Source of the DNA: Acholeplasma sp. | GTDB lineage: Bacteria > Bacillota_I > Bacilli_A > Acholeplasmatales > UBA5453 | DNA length: 64,000 nucleotides | Direction: 5' to 3' | Assembly: GCA_036677365.1 (NCBI GenBank) | Contig: JAVBWN010000012.1 | Span: 96,001-160,000, forward strand | Shown here: positions 40,251 to 49,331 of the stretch, one piece after another | Numbering within the stretch: position 1 is the stretch's first letter | Layout of the letters: each line of letters begins with the position of its first letter | The notes under the pieces: model-generated | Seen by the model: the letters and a program-made list of their open reading frames with translations, nothing else | Database searches by the model: none | What the model was told of the DNA's origin: nothing | Made by a program: the position numbers and the translations under genes

Positions 40251-42467
40251 ATGATTGAACTACGCAATATTTCTAAAGTCTTCCATGACTCAAAGAAAAG
40301 AAAAGTGAATGCACTGAATAACATCAACCTTACATTTTCAAATCAAGGTTTTTACTCCATTGTCGGTAAGTCAGGCAGCGGAAAATCTACTTTACTAAAT
40401 ATTCTATCTGGGTTAATAAAACCCAGTGAAGGTGATTATTCGATTTTTGGTGTGAATACCAATACATTTAATGAACAGAATTGGGCTGATATTAGAAGAA
40501 CAACCCTATCCTATGTATTCCAAGAGCATAACCTTATTGATCATTTAACCGTTGTGGAAAACTTATCGATTCCATTAATGAATAAAAAAGCGAATCATGA
40601 TGAAATCCAACATAAGATTATTGAAACCCTAACTCAATTTGATCTCGACTCATTAAAAGATCAAATGTGTATGAATTTATCTGGTGGCGAGAAACAACGT
40701 ATCGCAATTATACGCTCATTATTATCCGAAAGCCTCATATTGATAGCTGATGAACCCACAAGTGCTTTGGATGAAATCAATACAACACTTGTTTATGACT
40801 TGTTAAAAGAAGTTTCTAAAACGCGTTTGGTTATTGTCGTGACACATGATATGGAAATGACGAATCGCTATTCAGATGTCATCATTCAATTAAATTATGG
40901 CAATGTCGTATCTAATAACCCACCTATTACAATACCATTACAAAATCAAAGAAGTGTATCCAATCCAAAACTTCACTTTAACAAAATTTATGTGCTATCT
41001 CGCTTTTTTAATCGAGGACAATGGGTTATGAATGTATTTATGATTCTATTTATAAGCATTGGAATGACTTTACTCTCATCTACTTTCGCAATTACTCAAT
41101 TTAATGAGAATAATTTTGATTATCATATTATCAAGGATAAAGTGGACCTGAATTTCATTTCAACTTCAAACATTCATTTTTATACGAATGACTTAACTTC
41201 GGATATGAATTTAAATGACATTTTACCCGATTTGATGACGTATAAAGCCTATAACAAAGTTTCTGCGTTTCATTCTGGCTTGTTTCATGATAACCTATCC
41301 AACACTCGTCTGTTTACTACCATTGTTATAAAACCTTTAGAGGACGATTATATCGAAATAACAGACTATCAAGCAAACATACTAAAAGAAGCAGGCATTG
41401 TTACTTATAATCGTGTTGATGAGTTGAATGGAACGACACTCTCTATATATGGGATTACTTTGACCATTTTGGATGTGATACATACTCAATATGATTTAAA
41501 TAATATTATTCCCTATGATATTGAAGTGAAGTACGATGTTCTAAGTATCAATGAAAACACATTGAACAAACTCATTTACTACACTTATCCCAAACTTATT
41601 AATGACGCTGAGGATACTATACAAGCACTACATCCATACACACTAGAAAGGATGACATATGGTGCATATATTGGATCCAATCAACTCAGTAACTTAGATA
41701 TCGTTGTTGACATAACCACATTACAGCGATGGTTGAATATCACATTTGATAGTCCAGAAGATGCGATACCTTATTTCGATTCGTATATTACGATTGATTT
41801 GATGATTGATAACCAAGTAATCAGTCAAACTTATCAATTGAAAGGTGTAGTTTTCACGGATATGCCAAGCGTCTACTTTAGCGAAACAACCTATCATGAT
41901 TATTTTTATGAGTCATCCAATTTTGATCAAATGACGTCGACACAAGCGTTTAAAGTCAATAATTATGATGATTTTATTAATATCAAATCTCATTTAGAAA
42001 ACAATCAAATGTATATTCTTAATGCCTATTCAAGGGATGCTTATTATGCAAAATCATTCATCATGTCTATCATCCAAATATTTACAGCACTAGTCATTTT
42101 TTCATTTGTGATGGTTTCACTATTAATCTATTTTTTCACCTATGTATACTTTAAACAAAATCGATTTAATTATGGCATCCTTTTATCTATGGGATATGAA
42201 AGGAAGACGACACTGTACATTGGAATTGTCCAAATAATCCGAAACATTGTTATTTCATTCATAATCAGTACGCTAAGTGCATCTATAATTATTTATATTT
42301 TTAATCAAGGTTATCAATCGGATTTAAATATCCAAATGAACATTATCACATTTAGTTTATACCCATATCTAGTGACTATTCTTTTTTCTATCATTGTTTC
42401 TGTATTTGGAATTCTAACGGTATATCAATTCATTAGAAAAATAGACATTATCCAACTTTTAAAATAG
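40251..42467 (+). CDS. ABC transporter, fused ATP-binding and FtsX-type permease
   Basis: GKSGSGKST, LSGGEKQR, ADEPT, VTHD; C-terminal TM bundle. Confidence 0.92.
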   Translation: MIELRNISKVFHDSKKRKVNALNNINLTFSNQGFYSIVGKSGSGKSTLLNILSGLIKPSEGDYSIFGVNTNTFNEQNWADIRRTTLSYVFQEHNLIDHLTVVENLSIPLMNKKANHDEIQHKIIETLTQFDLDSLKDQMCMNLSGGEKQRIAIIRSLLSESLILIADEPTSALDEINTTLVYDLLKEVSKTRLVIVVTHDMEMTNRYSDVIIQLNYGNVVSNNPPITIPLQNQRSVSNPKLHFNKIYVLSRFFNRGQWVMNVFMILFISIGMTLLSSTFAITQFNENNFDYHIIKDKVDLNFISTSNIHFYTNDLTSDMNLNDILPDLMTYKAYNKVSAFHSGLFHDNLSNTRLFTTIVIKPLEDDYIEITDYQANILKEAGIVTYNRVDELNGTTLSIYGITLTILDVIHTQYDLNNIIPYDIEVKYDVLSINENTLNKLIYYTYPKLINDAEDTIQALHPYTLERMTYGAYIGSNQLSNLDIVVDITTLQRWLNITFDSPEDAIPYFDSYITIDLMIDNQVISQTYQLKGVVFTDMPSVYFSETTYHDYFYESSNFDQMTSTQAFKVNNYDDFINIKSHLENNQMYILNAYSRDAYYAKSFIMSIIQIFTALVIFSFVMVSLLIYFFTYVYFKQNRFNYGILLSMGYERKTTLYIGIVQIIRNIVISFIISTLSASIIIYIFNQGYQSDLNIQMNIITFSLYPYLVTILFSIIVSVFGILTVYQFIRKIDIIQLLK

Positions 42468-42592
42468 ATAGATGGGATTTAAATCAACATATACCCTTTA
42501 AATAATATTCGAATGTTTTTCGTAATAAAGAGTTTTAGATAGATGCTAAATCTATCTTTTTCTTTTATACTAATAGTAGGAGATGATGCATC

Positions 42593-43540
42593 ATGCCATT
42601 TGAAATTCTAAGAAATGATCTATTAACCATGAACGTAGACGCGATTGTCAATTCTACCAGTTCAGAACCCTTCATATTTGGCGGATTGGATGCGAAAATC
42701 CACCAAATGGCTGGACCTGAACTTTTAAAAGAACGTACCAAATACGGTTCTTTGAAACTGTCTTACCCCATCATTACCCTAGGCTACAAGCTTTTAGCTA
42801 AACACGTCATCCATGTGGTGGGTCCGATTTATAAGAATGGTAAATTGGGTGAAAAACAACAACTCAAAGATACTTACCAACATGTATTAGAACTCGCAGC
42901 AGAACACAAACTCGAAAGCATCGCCTTTCCCTTAATATCCTCAAGGATATTCAAATACCCAAGGAAAGAAGCCTTAGAAGTGGCTTTAAGTGTGATTAAG
43001 CAGTTCTCAGAAGCTTCGGATATGATGATTTATTTGGTCGTCTACGATGAAGCGTCTTTTGAAGCATCCAAACCTTATATCGATGAATTGAGATACTCCA
43101 AATCCAATGAAATCGAATTCTTTGAAAATCGAATGGTTTCGCCTAAAATGCTTCGAAGAAAACCAAGGACCATCGATGAACTCATTGATGAAATTGACTT
43201 TACCTTTCAAGAGATGCTCTTTAAGTTCATCGATCAAAAAGGGTTGAATGATGTCGATGTATATAAAAAAGCGAATGTGGACAGAAAACTATTCTCAAAA
43301 ATAAAATCCAATCGGTTCTATCAACCAAGCAAATCCACGGCTTTAGCTTTCGCAATCGCTTTAGAACTCAATCTGGATGAAACCTTGGATTTATTAAAGA
43401 AAGCTGGATACACCTTATCCGATGCGATACCACTCGATATCATCGTAGCTTATCATATTGAAAAAGCGATCTATGATATCTATGAAATCAATATGGTGTT
43501 ATTTGAAAATAGAGAAAACTCAATTGGTTCAATGAACTAA
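42593..43540 (+). CDS. Macro domain protein fused to C-terminal HTH-like domain
   Basis: VDAIVN, VIHVVGP, SIAFPLIS; C-terminal VYKKANVDRKLFSKI...ALELNLDET..LL.KAGY. Confidence 0.88.
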   Translation: MPFEILRNDLLTMNVDAIVNSTSSEPFIFGGLDAKIHQMAGPELLKERTKYGSLKLSYPIITLGYKLLAKHVIHVVGPIYKNGKLGEKQQLKDTYQHVLELAAEHKLESIAFPLISSRIFKYPRKEALEVALSVIKQFSEASDMMIYLVVYDEASFEASKPYIDELRYSKSNEIEFFENRMVSPKMLRRKPRTIDELIDEIDFTFQEMLFKFIDQKGLNDVDVYKKANVDRKLFSKIKSNRFYQPSKSTALAFAIALELNLDETLDLLKKAGYTLSDAIPLDIIVAYHIEKAIYDIYEINMVLFENRENSIGSMN

Positions 43541-43568
43541 TCAAGTTTGAGTGAATAGTCTTTTCAAA

Positions 43569-43588
43569 TGTCGCTTTAGAAACGACCA
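43569..43588. promoter_or_regulatory. Candidate operator TGTCGCTTTAGAAACGACCA upstream of vWA gene
   Basis: GTCG..CGAC dyad conserved in both copies while flanking DNA diverged. Confidence 0.6.
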
Positions 43589-43638
43589 ATTCCATCTTAC
43601 AGATGTGTAAAATGAACTCAGAAAGGGTGAAAATACAC

Positions 43639-44283
43639 ATGAAAAAAGATTTAGTGGAATTGGTTTTTATTTTAGATAGAAGTGGTTCAATGGCAGGACT
43701 TGAGAAAGAGACCATTACGGGATTCAATCGTTTGATTCAACAACAAAAAGAAGTTGTTGGTGAAGCGATTGTTTCAACGGTATTGTTTGATAACGGGTTT
43801 GAGGTATTACATAATAGAGTTAACCTGAAACAAATTGAACCAATGAAAGAAAAACAGTATTATGTCAGAGGTTCAACTGCCTTATTGGATGCGATAGGTC
43901 GCAGTATTATCAAAATAAGACAAGTTCATAAGCAGTTAAATGAATCAGAAATCCCTGAAAAGACAGTATTCTTTATAACAACGGATGGGATGGAAAATGC
44001 TTCTAAAGAATATGATTACACACGCATCAAAGACTATATTGAACTGCAAAAAGAAAAGTATGGTTGGGAGTTCATCTTTATGGGAGCGAATATCGATGCG
44101 ATTAAAACTGCAAGCCGATTTGGTATTCATGAGGATCGTGCAGTTCAATATCATTCTGATGAACAAGGCACAAACCTAAACTACCGAGTCATGAGTGAAA
44201 CCATCCGTGACCTACGTGTCAATAAAACGATTAAAGAGGATTGGAAATCCGATATAGACAAAGACTATTTAAAAAGAAATTAA
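43639..44283 (+). CDS. vWA domain protein
   Basis: FILDRSGSM MIDAS, GSTALLDAIG, ITTDGMENAS, WEFIFMGAN. Confidence 0.9.
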   Translation: MKKDLVELVFILDRSGSMAGLEKETITGFNRLIQQQKEVVGEAIVSTVLFDNGFEVLHNRVNLKQIEPMKEKQYYVRGSTALLDAIGRSIIKIRQVHKQLNESEIPEKTVFFITTDGMENASKEYDYTRIKDYIELQKEKYGWEFIFMGANIDAIKTASRFGIHEDRAVQYHSDEQGTNLNYRVMSETIRDLRVNKTIKEDWKSDIDKDYLKRN

Positions 44284-44295
44284 GAGGAATATAAC

Positions 44296-45126
44296 ATGTT
44301 AGGTGCGATTATTGGTGATCTAGTTGGATCACGATTTGAATTCAACAACCATAAAACTAAAGACTTTGATTTTCTCACCAGAGATTGTTTCTTCACCGAC
44401 GATTCATTGATGACCATTGCGATTGGAGAAGCCTTAATGACCTCTCAAAAAGATTACAGTGATTTAAAACAACAAACCATCAAACTCATGCAAAAACATG
44501 GTCGTAACTATGATGATTGTGGGTTTGGAGGACGCTTTTATAACTGGATATTCGTAGATAATCCAAAACCTTATCAAAGCTATGGTAATGGCGCACCGAT
44601 GCGAGTGTCTTGTTGTGGGATTGTGGGATCTACCATCGATGAAGTCAAACAATTATCGAAAATGGTGACTGAAATTTCTCATGACCACCCTGAATCACTA
44701 AAAGCCGCAGAAGCGGTCGCGGTTTGCGTGTTTATGGCTCGAAAACAAACCCCTAAACAAGACATATATCAGTATGTTAAAGATCATTACTACCCACTAG
44801 ACTTTGCACTAGATGACATCCGTCCAACCTATAGATTTAATGAATCCTCACAGGGCACAACCCCCTATGCCTTAAAAGCTTTCTTTGAAGCCAAAGGATT
44901 TACAGACGCGATTCGTCTAGCAGTCTCCATAGGCGGCGATACCGATACCATCGCCGCCATTACTGGAAGTATTGCCGGAGAGTATTATGGAATTACCAAT
45001 AAACTCAAAAACTATGCATTAACCTTCTTGCCCTATGAGATTAAAGAGATTGTTGAAACTTTTGATCATAAGTATCCCATAAAAAAAGTACCCTTCAATA
45101 AAAATATCGACAACCCCATTCTCTAG
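44296..45126 (+). CDS. ADP-ribosylglycohydrolase
   Basis: GAIIGDLVG, FTDDS, SYGNGAPMR, GGDTDT. Confidence 0.92.
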   Translation: MLGAIIGDLVGSRFEFNNHKTKDFDFLTRDCFFTDDSLMTIAIGEALMTSQKDYSDLKQQTIKLMQKHGRNYDDCGFGGRFYNWIFVDNPKPYQSYGNGAPMRVSCCGIVGSTIDEVKQLSKMVTEISHDHPESLKAAEAVAVCVFMARKQTPKQDIYQYVKDHYYPLDFALDDIRPTYRFNESSQGTTPYALKAFFEAKGFTDAIRLAVSIGGDTDTIAAITGSIAGEYYGITNKLKNYALTFLPYEIKEIVETFDHKYPIKKVPFNKNIDNPIL

Positions 45127-45164
45127 AGGAAGATCATCTCGATTTTCCTTTTTTCTTACAAAAA

Positions 45165-45207
45165 CTTGATTTAGGTCAAGGTTTTTAATTGAAATACTCT
45201 CTATACT
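45165..45207 (+). promoter_or_regulatory. Fnr/Flp box CTTGA-N6-TCAAG with downstream -10 TATACT (class II geometry)
   Basis: CTTGATTTAGGTCAAG at 45165-45180 and TATACT at 45202-45207; the operon encodes a Crp/Fnr protein. Confidence 0.8.
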
Positions 45208-45233
45208 GGAATCATCCAGAGGAGGAATGAAAC

Positions 45234-45446
45234 ATGGAAAAGACCGTATTACAATTAGAAACACTCACTTGTCCGTCTTGTGTAAGACGCATTGAAGGTA
45301 GTTTATCGAAAGCCAAAGGTGTAGAATCAGCCGTTGTGAAATTCAACGCATCCAAAGTGGAAGTAGAACATGACGTTACCCTATCCAAAGAAGCCATTCA
45401 AACGATTGTCTCTAATTTAGGATACAAAGTGTTATCTACCAAATGA
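45234..45446 (+). CDS. Heavy-metal-associated (CopZ-like) chaperone
   Basis: LTCPSC; AGGAGG RBS. Confidence 0.9.
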   Translation: MEKTVLQLETLTCPSCVRRIEGSLSKAKGVESAVVKFNASKVEVEHDVTLSKEAIQTIVSNLGYKVLSTK

Positions 45447-47302
45447 CACATATCAAGAAACACGTATATACCTATGGCATAAGTATTCTATTCTTAGGAT
45501 CGCTCATATTGAATGAAGTGGCTAAAACCCACTTCATTTCAATCCTAGTGATGTCACTACTCACTCTACTTGCAGGGTTCCATATATTTAAACAAGCTTT
45601 CATGGACTTAAGATACCGCATTATCGGGATAGATTTATTGGTATCCATCGCGGTGATTTCTGCCGTCATCATTGGGGATTACTTTGAAGCCGCTGCGGTG
45701 ACTTATCTATTTACAATTGGGCACATTCTAGAAAAACAATCGTTAGAAAAAACCAGAAGTGCTTTAAAAGCTTTGATGGATTTAAAACCATTAACGGGTC
45801 GGAAAATCGTTAACGATCAAGAAACCATCATCCCTTTAGAAGACATTCAAGTGGGCGATATTCTCCTAGTAAAACCAGGGGAAAAAATCCCTACCGATGG
45901 GATCATCATCGAAGGTCAAGTTTATATTGATGAACAAATGATGACAGGGGAATCGATGCCTGTAGAAAAAACACTTGATGATTTGGTATTTGGCTCTACC
46001 ATCCTAAAATCAGGTTATATCAAAATGAGAACTACCCATGTTGGTGAGGATACTACGCTATCAAGAATCATCCATATGGTGGAAGAAGCTCAAGACCAAA
46101 AAGCTTCTACTGAAAAGTTTATGGAAAAGTTCTCTAAATACTATACCCCACTCATTGTTTTAATCGCAATTACCATCTTCATAATTACGAGAGATATTCG
46201 ATTAGCAGTGACGATGCTTGTAATCGCATGTCCGGGTGCGTTGGTCATCGCGACACCGGTCTCATTTGTCGCTGGGATTGGAAACGCTGCGAAGAAAGGC
46301 ATTTTATTTAAGGGTGGCGATTCAATCGAAAGACTCAGTCAATCGACTGTTGTGTTCTTTGATAAAACAGGGACTCTAACTTTAGGAAAACCCTCATTAA
46401 CCCATATTAAAACATATGGTATTACTGAAGACGAAGTTCTTAAAATAGCTGCGATTGGAGAATCTTATAGTGAACACCCACTCGCATTAGCCATCATCGA
46501 AAGAGCGAAATCCATGAAGATTGAGTATTCAGATAAACCAGAAGAAACAACCCTCGTCATTGGAAAAGGGGTCACTTTTAGGTATAATAAAGTTAAGTAT
46601 TCGATTGGTAATGAAAAGTTAGAGAATGGTATTTCTAGTGAAGTACAAACCGATTTAAATGCCTTCATGGATTTAGGTTTAACCACTTTAATCCTTTCTG
46701 ATGAATCTAGCGTATTAGCCCTATTTGGCATCCAAGATACGATTAGACCGAATACACCGAAGATGATTCAAGAATTAAAAGCGCTTGGTATCAAACAAAC
46801 CATTATGCTTACAGGGGATCAAGATAGAGTCGGAAGAAGTGTCAAAGAAACCTTAGGGTTAGATGCTTATTATGCTAGTCTACTCCCTGAAGATAAAGCG
46901 AATATATTAAAAACACATCAACATCAAAAGACCCTTTTTGTTGGGGATGGTATCAATGATGCCTTAGCCCTTACTTACGCGGATGCGTCAGTCGCGGTGG
47001 GTGGTTTAGGTAAAGACTTAGCCATGGAAACCGCGGATGTGGTTTTGATGTCAGAAGATATTTCTAAACTCACACAAGCGATTAAGATAAGTCGTAAAGT
47101 TAAAGCCAATATGATTCAAAATATTGTATTTGCTTTAGTGGTAGTATTCATACTCATGTTAGGCGTTATATTTAACCAAGTCACGATGTCAATTGGGATG
47201 CTTGTCCATGAAGCATCCGTACTACTCGTCTTAATCAACACCATGAGATTACTCAGATATGACTTAGGAGGTCACCATGCACAAGGATCCAAAAGCATCT
47301 AG
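45443..47302 (+). CDS. P1B-type heavy-metal ATPase (CPG variant)
   Basis: TGES, ACPGAL, DKTGT, SEHP, GDGIND, HEAS. Confidence 0.93.
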   Translation: MTHIKKHVYTYGISILFLGSLILNEVAKTHFISILVMSLLTLLAGFHIFKQAFMDLRYRIIGIDLLVSIAVISAVIIGDYFEAAAVTYLFTIGHILEKQSLEKTRSALKALMDLKPLTGRKIVNDQETIIPLEDIQVGDILLVKPGEKIPTDGIIIEGQVYIDEQMMTGESMPVEKTLDDLVFGSTILKSGYIKMRTTHVGEDTTLSRIIHMVEEAQDQKASTEKFMEKFSKYYTPLIVLIAITIFIITRDIRLAVTMLVIACPGALVIATPVSFVAGIGNAAKKGILFKGGDSIERLSQSTVVFFDKTGTLTLGKPSLTHIKTYGITEDEVLKIAAIGESYSEHPLALAIIERAKSMKIEYSDKPEETTLVIGKGVTFRYNKVKYSIGNEKLENGISSEVQTDLNAFMDLGLTTLILSDESSVLALFGIQDTIRPNTPKMIQELKALGIKQTIMLTGDQDRVGRSVKETLGLDAYYASLLPEDKANILKTHQHQKTLFVGDGINDALALTYADASVAVGGLGKDLAMETADVVLMSEDISKLTQAIKISRKVKANMIQNIVFALVVVFILMLGVIFNQVTMSIGMLVHEASVLLVLINTMRLLRYDLGGHHAQGSKSI

Positions 47303-47957
47303 CTGTATCGAAACGGTACCGATTTTTAAAAACTTAAGTCCTGAAGAACTCGATCAAGTCATTATGATATCTAAACACAAACGACTTGATAAGGGAGAAT
47401 TCATCTTTACCGCAGGTGACCATATCAGTAGTTTGTATGTTGTCCATCGCGGTAAAATCAAAATCACCCGCTATTCAGAAGATGGTAAAGAACAAGTCAT
47501 TCGTATTTTATCCCATGGGGACTTCTTAGGTGAATTAGCATTATTCATGAACTCAACCGTGAATACTTACGCCGAAGCGATTGAACCCTCTGTCATCTGT
47601 TTAGTTGAACATGATGGATTAAAAGACTTGATGTCTAAAAGCCCAGTGCTATCTTTTAAGATGATGAGTGAACTATCTAATCGGTTAGAAAAAGCAGAAG
47701 CTCTGATTGAGCATAGCAATCTCTATAGCGCTATCGCGAAAGTAGCCCGTTTATTACTGGATTTAGAAAAAGAATCCTTTGTGCGGTTTCAAACCACTAA
47801 AGTCAATTTAGCCTCGAGTATTGGGATATCACCAGAAACATTCAGCCGTAAGCTTTCAGAATTAGTAGAACATAAACTCATTGATATTATTAATAACAAA
47901 ACCATTCGAATCATCGATAAAAAAGGCTTACTAGCCCTCATCAGTCCTGACTTATAA
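47277..47957 (+). CDS. Crp/Fnr family regulator (Flp-like)
   Basis: N-terminal Cys, GDFLGE, HTH GISPETFSRKL. Confidence 0.9.
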   Translation: MHKDPKASSCIETVPIFKNLSPEELDQVIMISKHKRLDKGEFIFTAGDHISSLYVVHRGKIKITRYSEDGKEQVIRILSHGDFLGELALFMNSTVNTYAEAIEPSVICLVEHDGLKDLMSKSPVLSFKMMSELSNRLEKAEALIEHSNLYSAIAKVARLLLDLEKESFVRFQTTKVNLASSIGISPETFSRKLSELVEHKLIDIINNKTIRIIDKKGLLALISPDL

Positions 47958-47982
47958 ACCGACAATTGTCGGTTTATTTTTT
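47954..47982 (+). terminator. Rho-independent terminator
   Basis: ATAAACCGAC-aatt-GTCGGTTTAT plus T-run. Confidence 0.75.
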
Positions 47983-48046
47983 CTCGTGTGTTGTTTTTCG
48001 TATACTAATCTTTTTACAATAAAAATGTTTCAATTTTTTGCATATT

Positions 48047-48156
48047 CACTCGATATCATCGTAGCTTATCATATTGAAAAAGCCATCTATGATATCTATG
48101 AAATCAATATGGTACTCTTTGATAAAGGCGAACATTCCATTGGTTCTATGAATTAA
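48047..48156 (+). pseudogene. Orphan 3' fragment of the macro-HTH gene (start of duplication copy 2)
   Basis: Encodes LDIIVAYHIEKAIYDIYEINMVLFDKGEHSIGSMN*, paralogous to the end of 42593-43540. Confidence 0.88.
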
Positions 48157-48205
48157 GGAATTAGTTCAATGACGATTGACTAAATCATAAATAAGTAAAA
48201 ATAAT

Positions 48206-48225
48206 TGTCGCTTTTGAAACGACCA
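48206..48225. promoter_or_regulatory. Candidate operator TGTCGCTTTTGAAACGACCA, second copy
   Basis: One mismatch from 43569-43588. Confidence 0.6.
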
Positions 48226-48272
48226 ATCCTACCTTCAATTTTTGTAAACTAAGCTCAGAAGAGGTGAAACAC

Positions 48273-48917
48273 ATGAAAAAAGATTTGGTGGAATTGGTTT
48301 TTATTTTAGATAGAAGTGGTTCAATGGCAGGACTTGAGAAAGAGACCATTGCGGGATTCAATCGTTTGATTCAACAACAAAAAGAAGTCCATGGAGAAGC
48401 TTTGGTATCGACTGTATTGTTTGATGATCGATTTGAAGTGTTACACAACAGGGTCTCTATTCAAAAGATTGAACACATGACGTCCAAAGATTATTATGTC
48501 AGAGGTTCAACAGCCTTGTTAGATGCTATTGGTCGTAGTATCTTAAAGATCAGAAATGTCCATAAAGCACTAGAAGAAGAAAACAAACCTGAAAAGACCC
48601 TATTTTTCATCACCACCGATGGGATGGAAAATGCATCGGTGGAATTCAATTATGAACGTGTGAATGAATACATTCAACTTCAAAAAGAAAAGTATGGTTG
48701 GGAATTCATTTTCATTGGTGCGAATATCGACGCGATTGGTACGGCTAAGAAATTTGGTATTGATGCTGACAGGGCTGTGAATTATCGCGCCGATAAACGA
48801 GGTACGAACCTTAATTATAAAGTGATGAATGAAACAATCACAGAACTCAGGGTTAATAAAGCCATTAGAGCGGACTGGAAAGAAGACATTGACACTGATT
48901 TCAAAGAACGTAAGTAA
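48273..48917 (+). CDS. vWA domain protein (paralog of 43639-44283)
   Basis: Same MIDAS and downstream motifs; near-identical N-terminus. Confidence 0.9.
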   Translation: MKKDLVELVFILDRSGSMAGLEKETIAGFNRLIQQQKEVHGEALVSTVLFDDRFEVLHNRVSIQKIEHMTSKDYYVRGSTALLDAIGRSILKIRNVHKALEEENKPEKTLFFITTDGMENASVEFNYERVNEYIQLQKEKYGWEFIFIGANIDAIGTAKKFGIDADRAVNYRADKRGTNLNYKVMNETITELRVNKAIRADWKEDIDTDFKERK

Positions 48918-49000
48918 ATCATAAAAGGGTAAATCCATTTGATTATTGTACAAAAATAATCATTTTGTAGTACAATGAAATCAAAAGAGGAGGATTTACC

Positions 49001-49246
49001 ATGTACAAAACAATTGTGATCGATCGTATTAAAAAGGCACATGAACGTGCAGTTAAATTAGAAGAAGTCATCAACCAACAGGAAGCAGACGGTTGGGATT
49101 ATATCAATGCCATTGGTACAGCGAAACAAGAAACCATCCTTGTATTCCAACAAAATCCAACCGCTAAACTCAACAAAGATATCAATAAAGGTATCCAAGA
49201 AGTGAAGGGCAAACTCAATCAAATCGTGGATGTTATTAAAAAATAA
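49001..49246 (+). CDS. Small hypothetical protein (DUF4177-like)
   Basis: AGGAGG RBS; LEEVINQQEADGWDY...LVF. Confidence 0.65.
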   Translation: MYKTIVIDRIKKAHERAVKLEEVINQQEADGWDYINAIGTAKQETILVFQQNPTAKLNKDINKGIQEVKGKLNQIVDVIKK

Positions 49247-49258
49247 CACATCAAACCC

Positions 49259-49289
49259 AAATGAAAAGCACCAGCAATTTTGCCGGTGC
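49259..49289. repeat. 31-bp direct repeat / terminator hairpin, copy 1
   Basis: AAATGAAAAGCACCAGCAATTTTGCCGGTGC, identical to 52114-52144. Confidence 0.9.
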
Positions 49290-49331
49290 ATTTTTTTTGA
49301 ACTGATACAATTTTGAATAAACTGGTGTTTG

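Larger units (their letters stand above)
43431..44283 (+). repeat. Diverged duplication, copy 1 (3' end of macro-HTH gene, operator, vWA gene)
   Basis: Starts CACTCGATATCATCGTAGCTTATCATATTGAAAAAGC, as at 48047. Confidence 0.9.
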
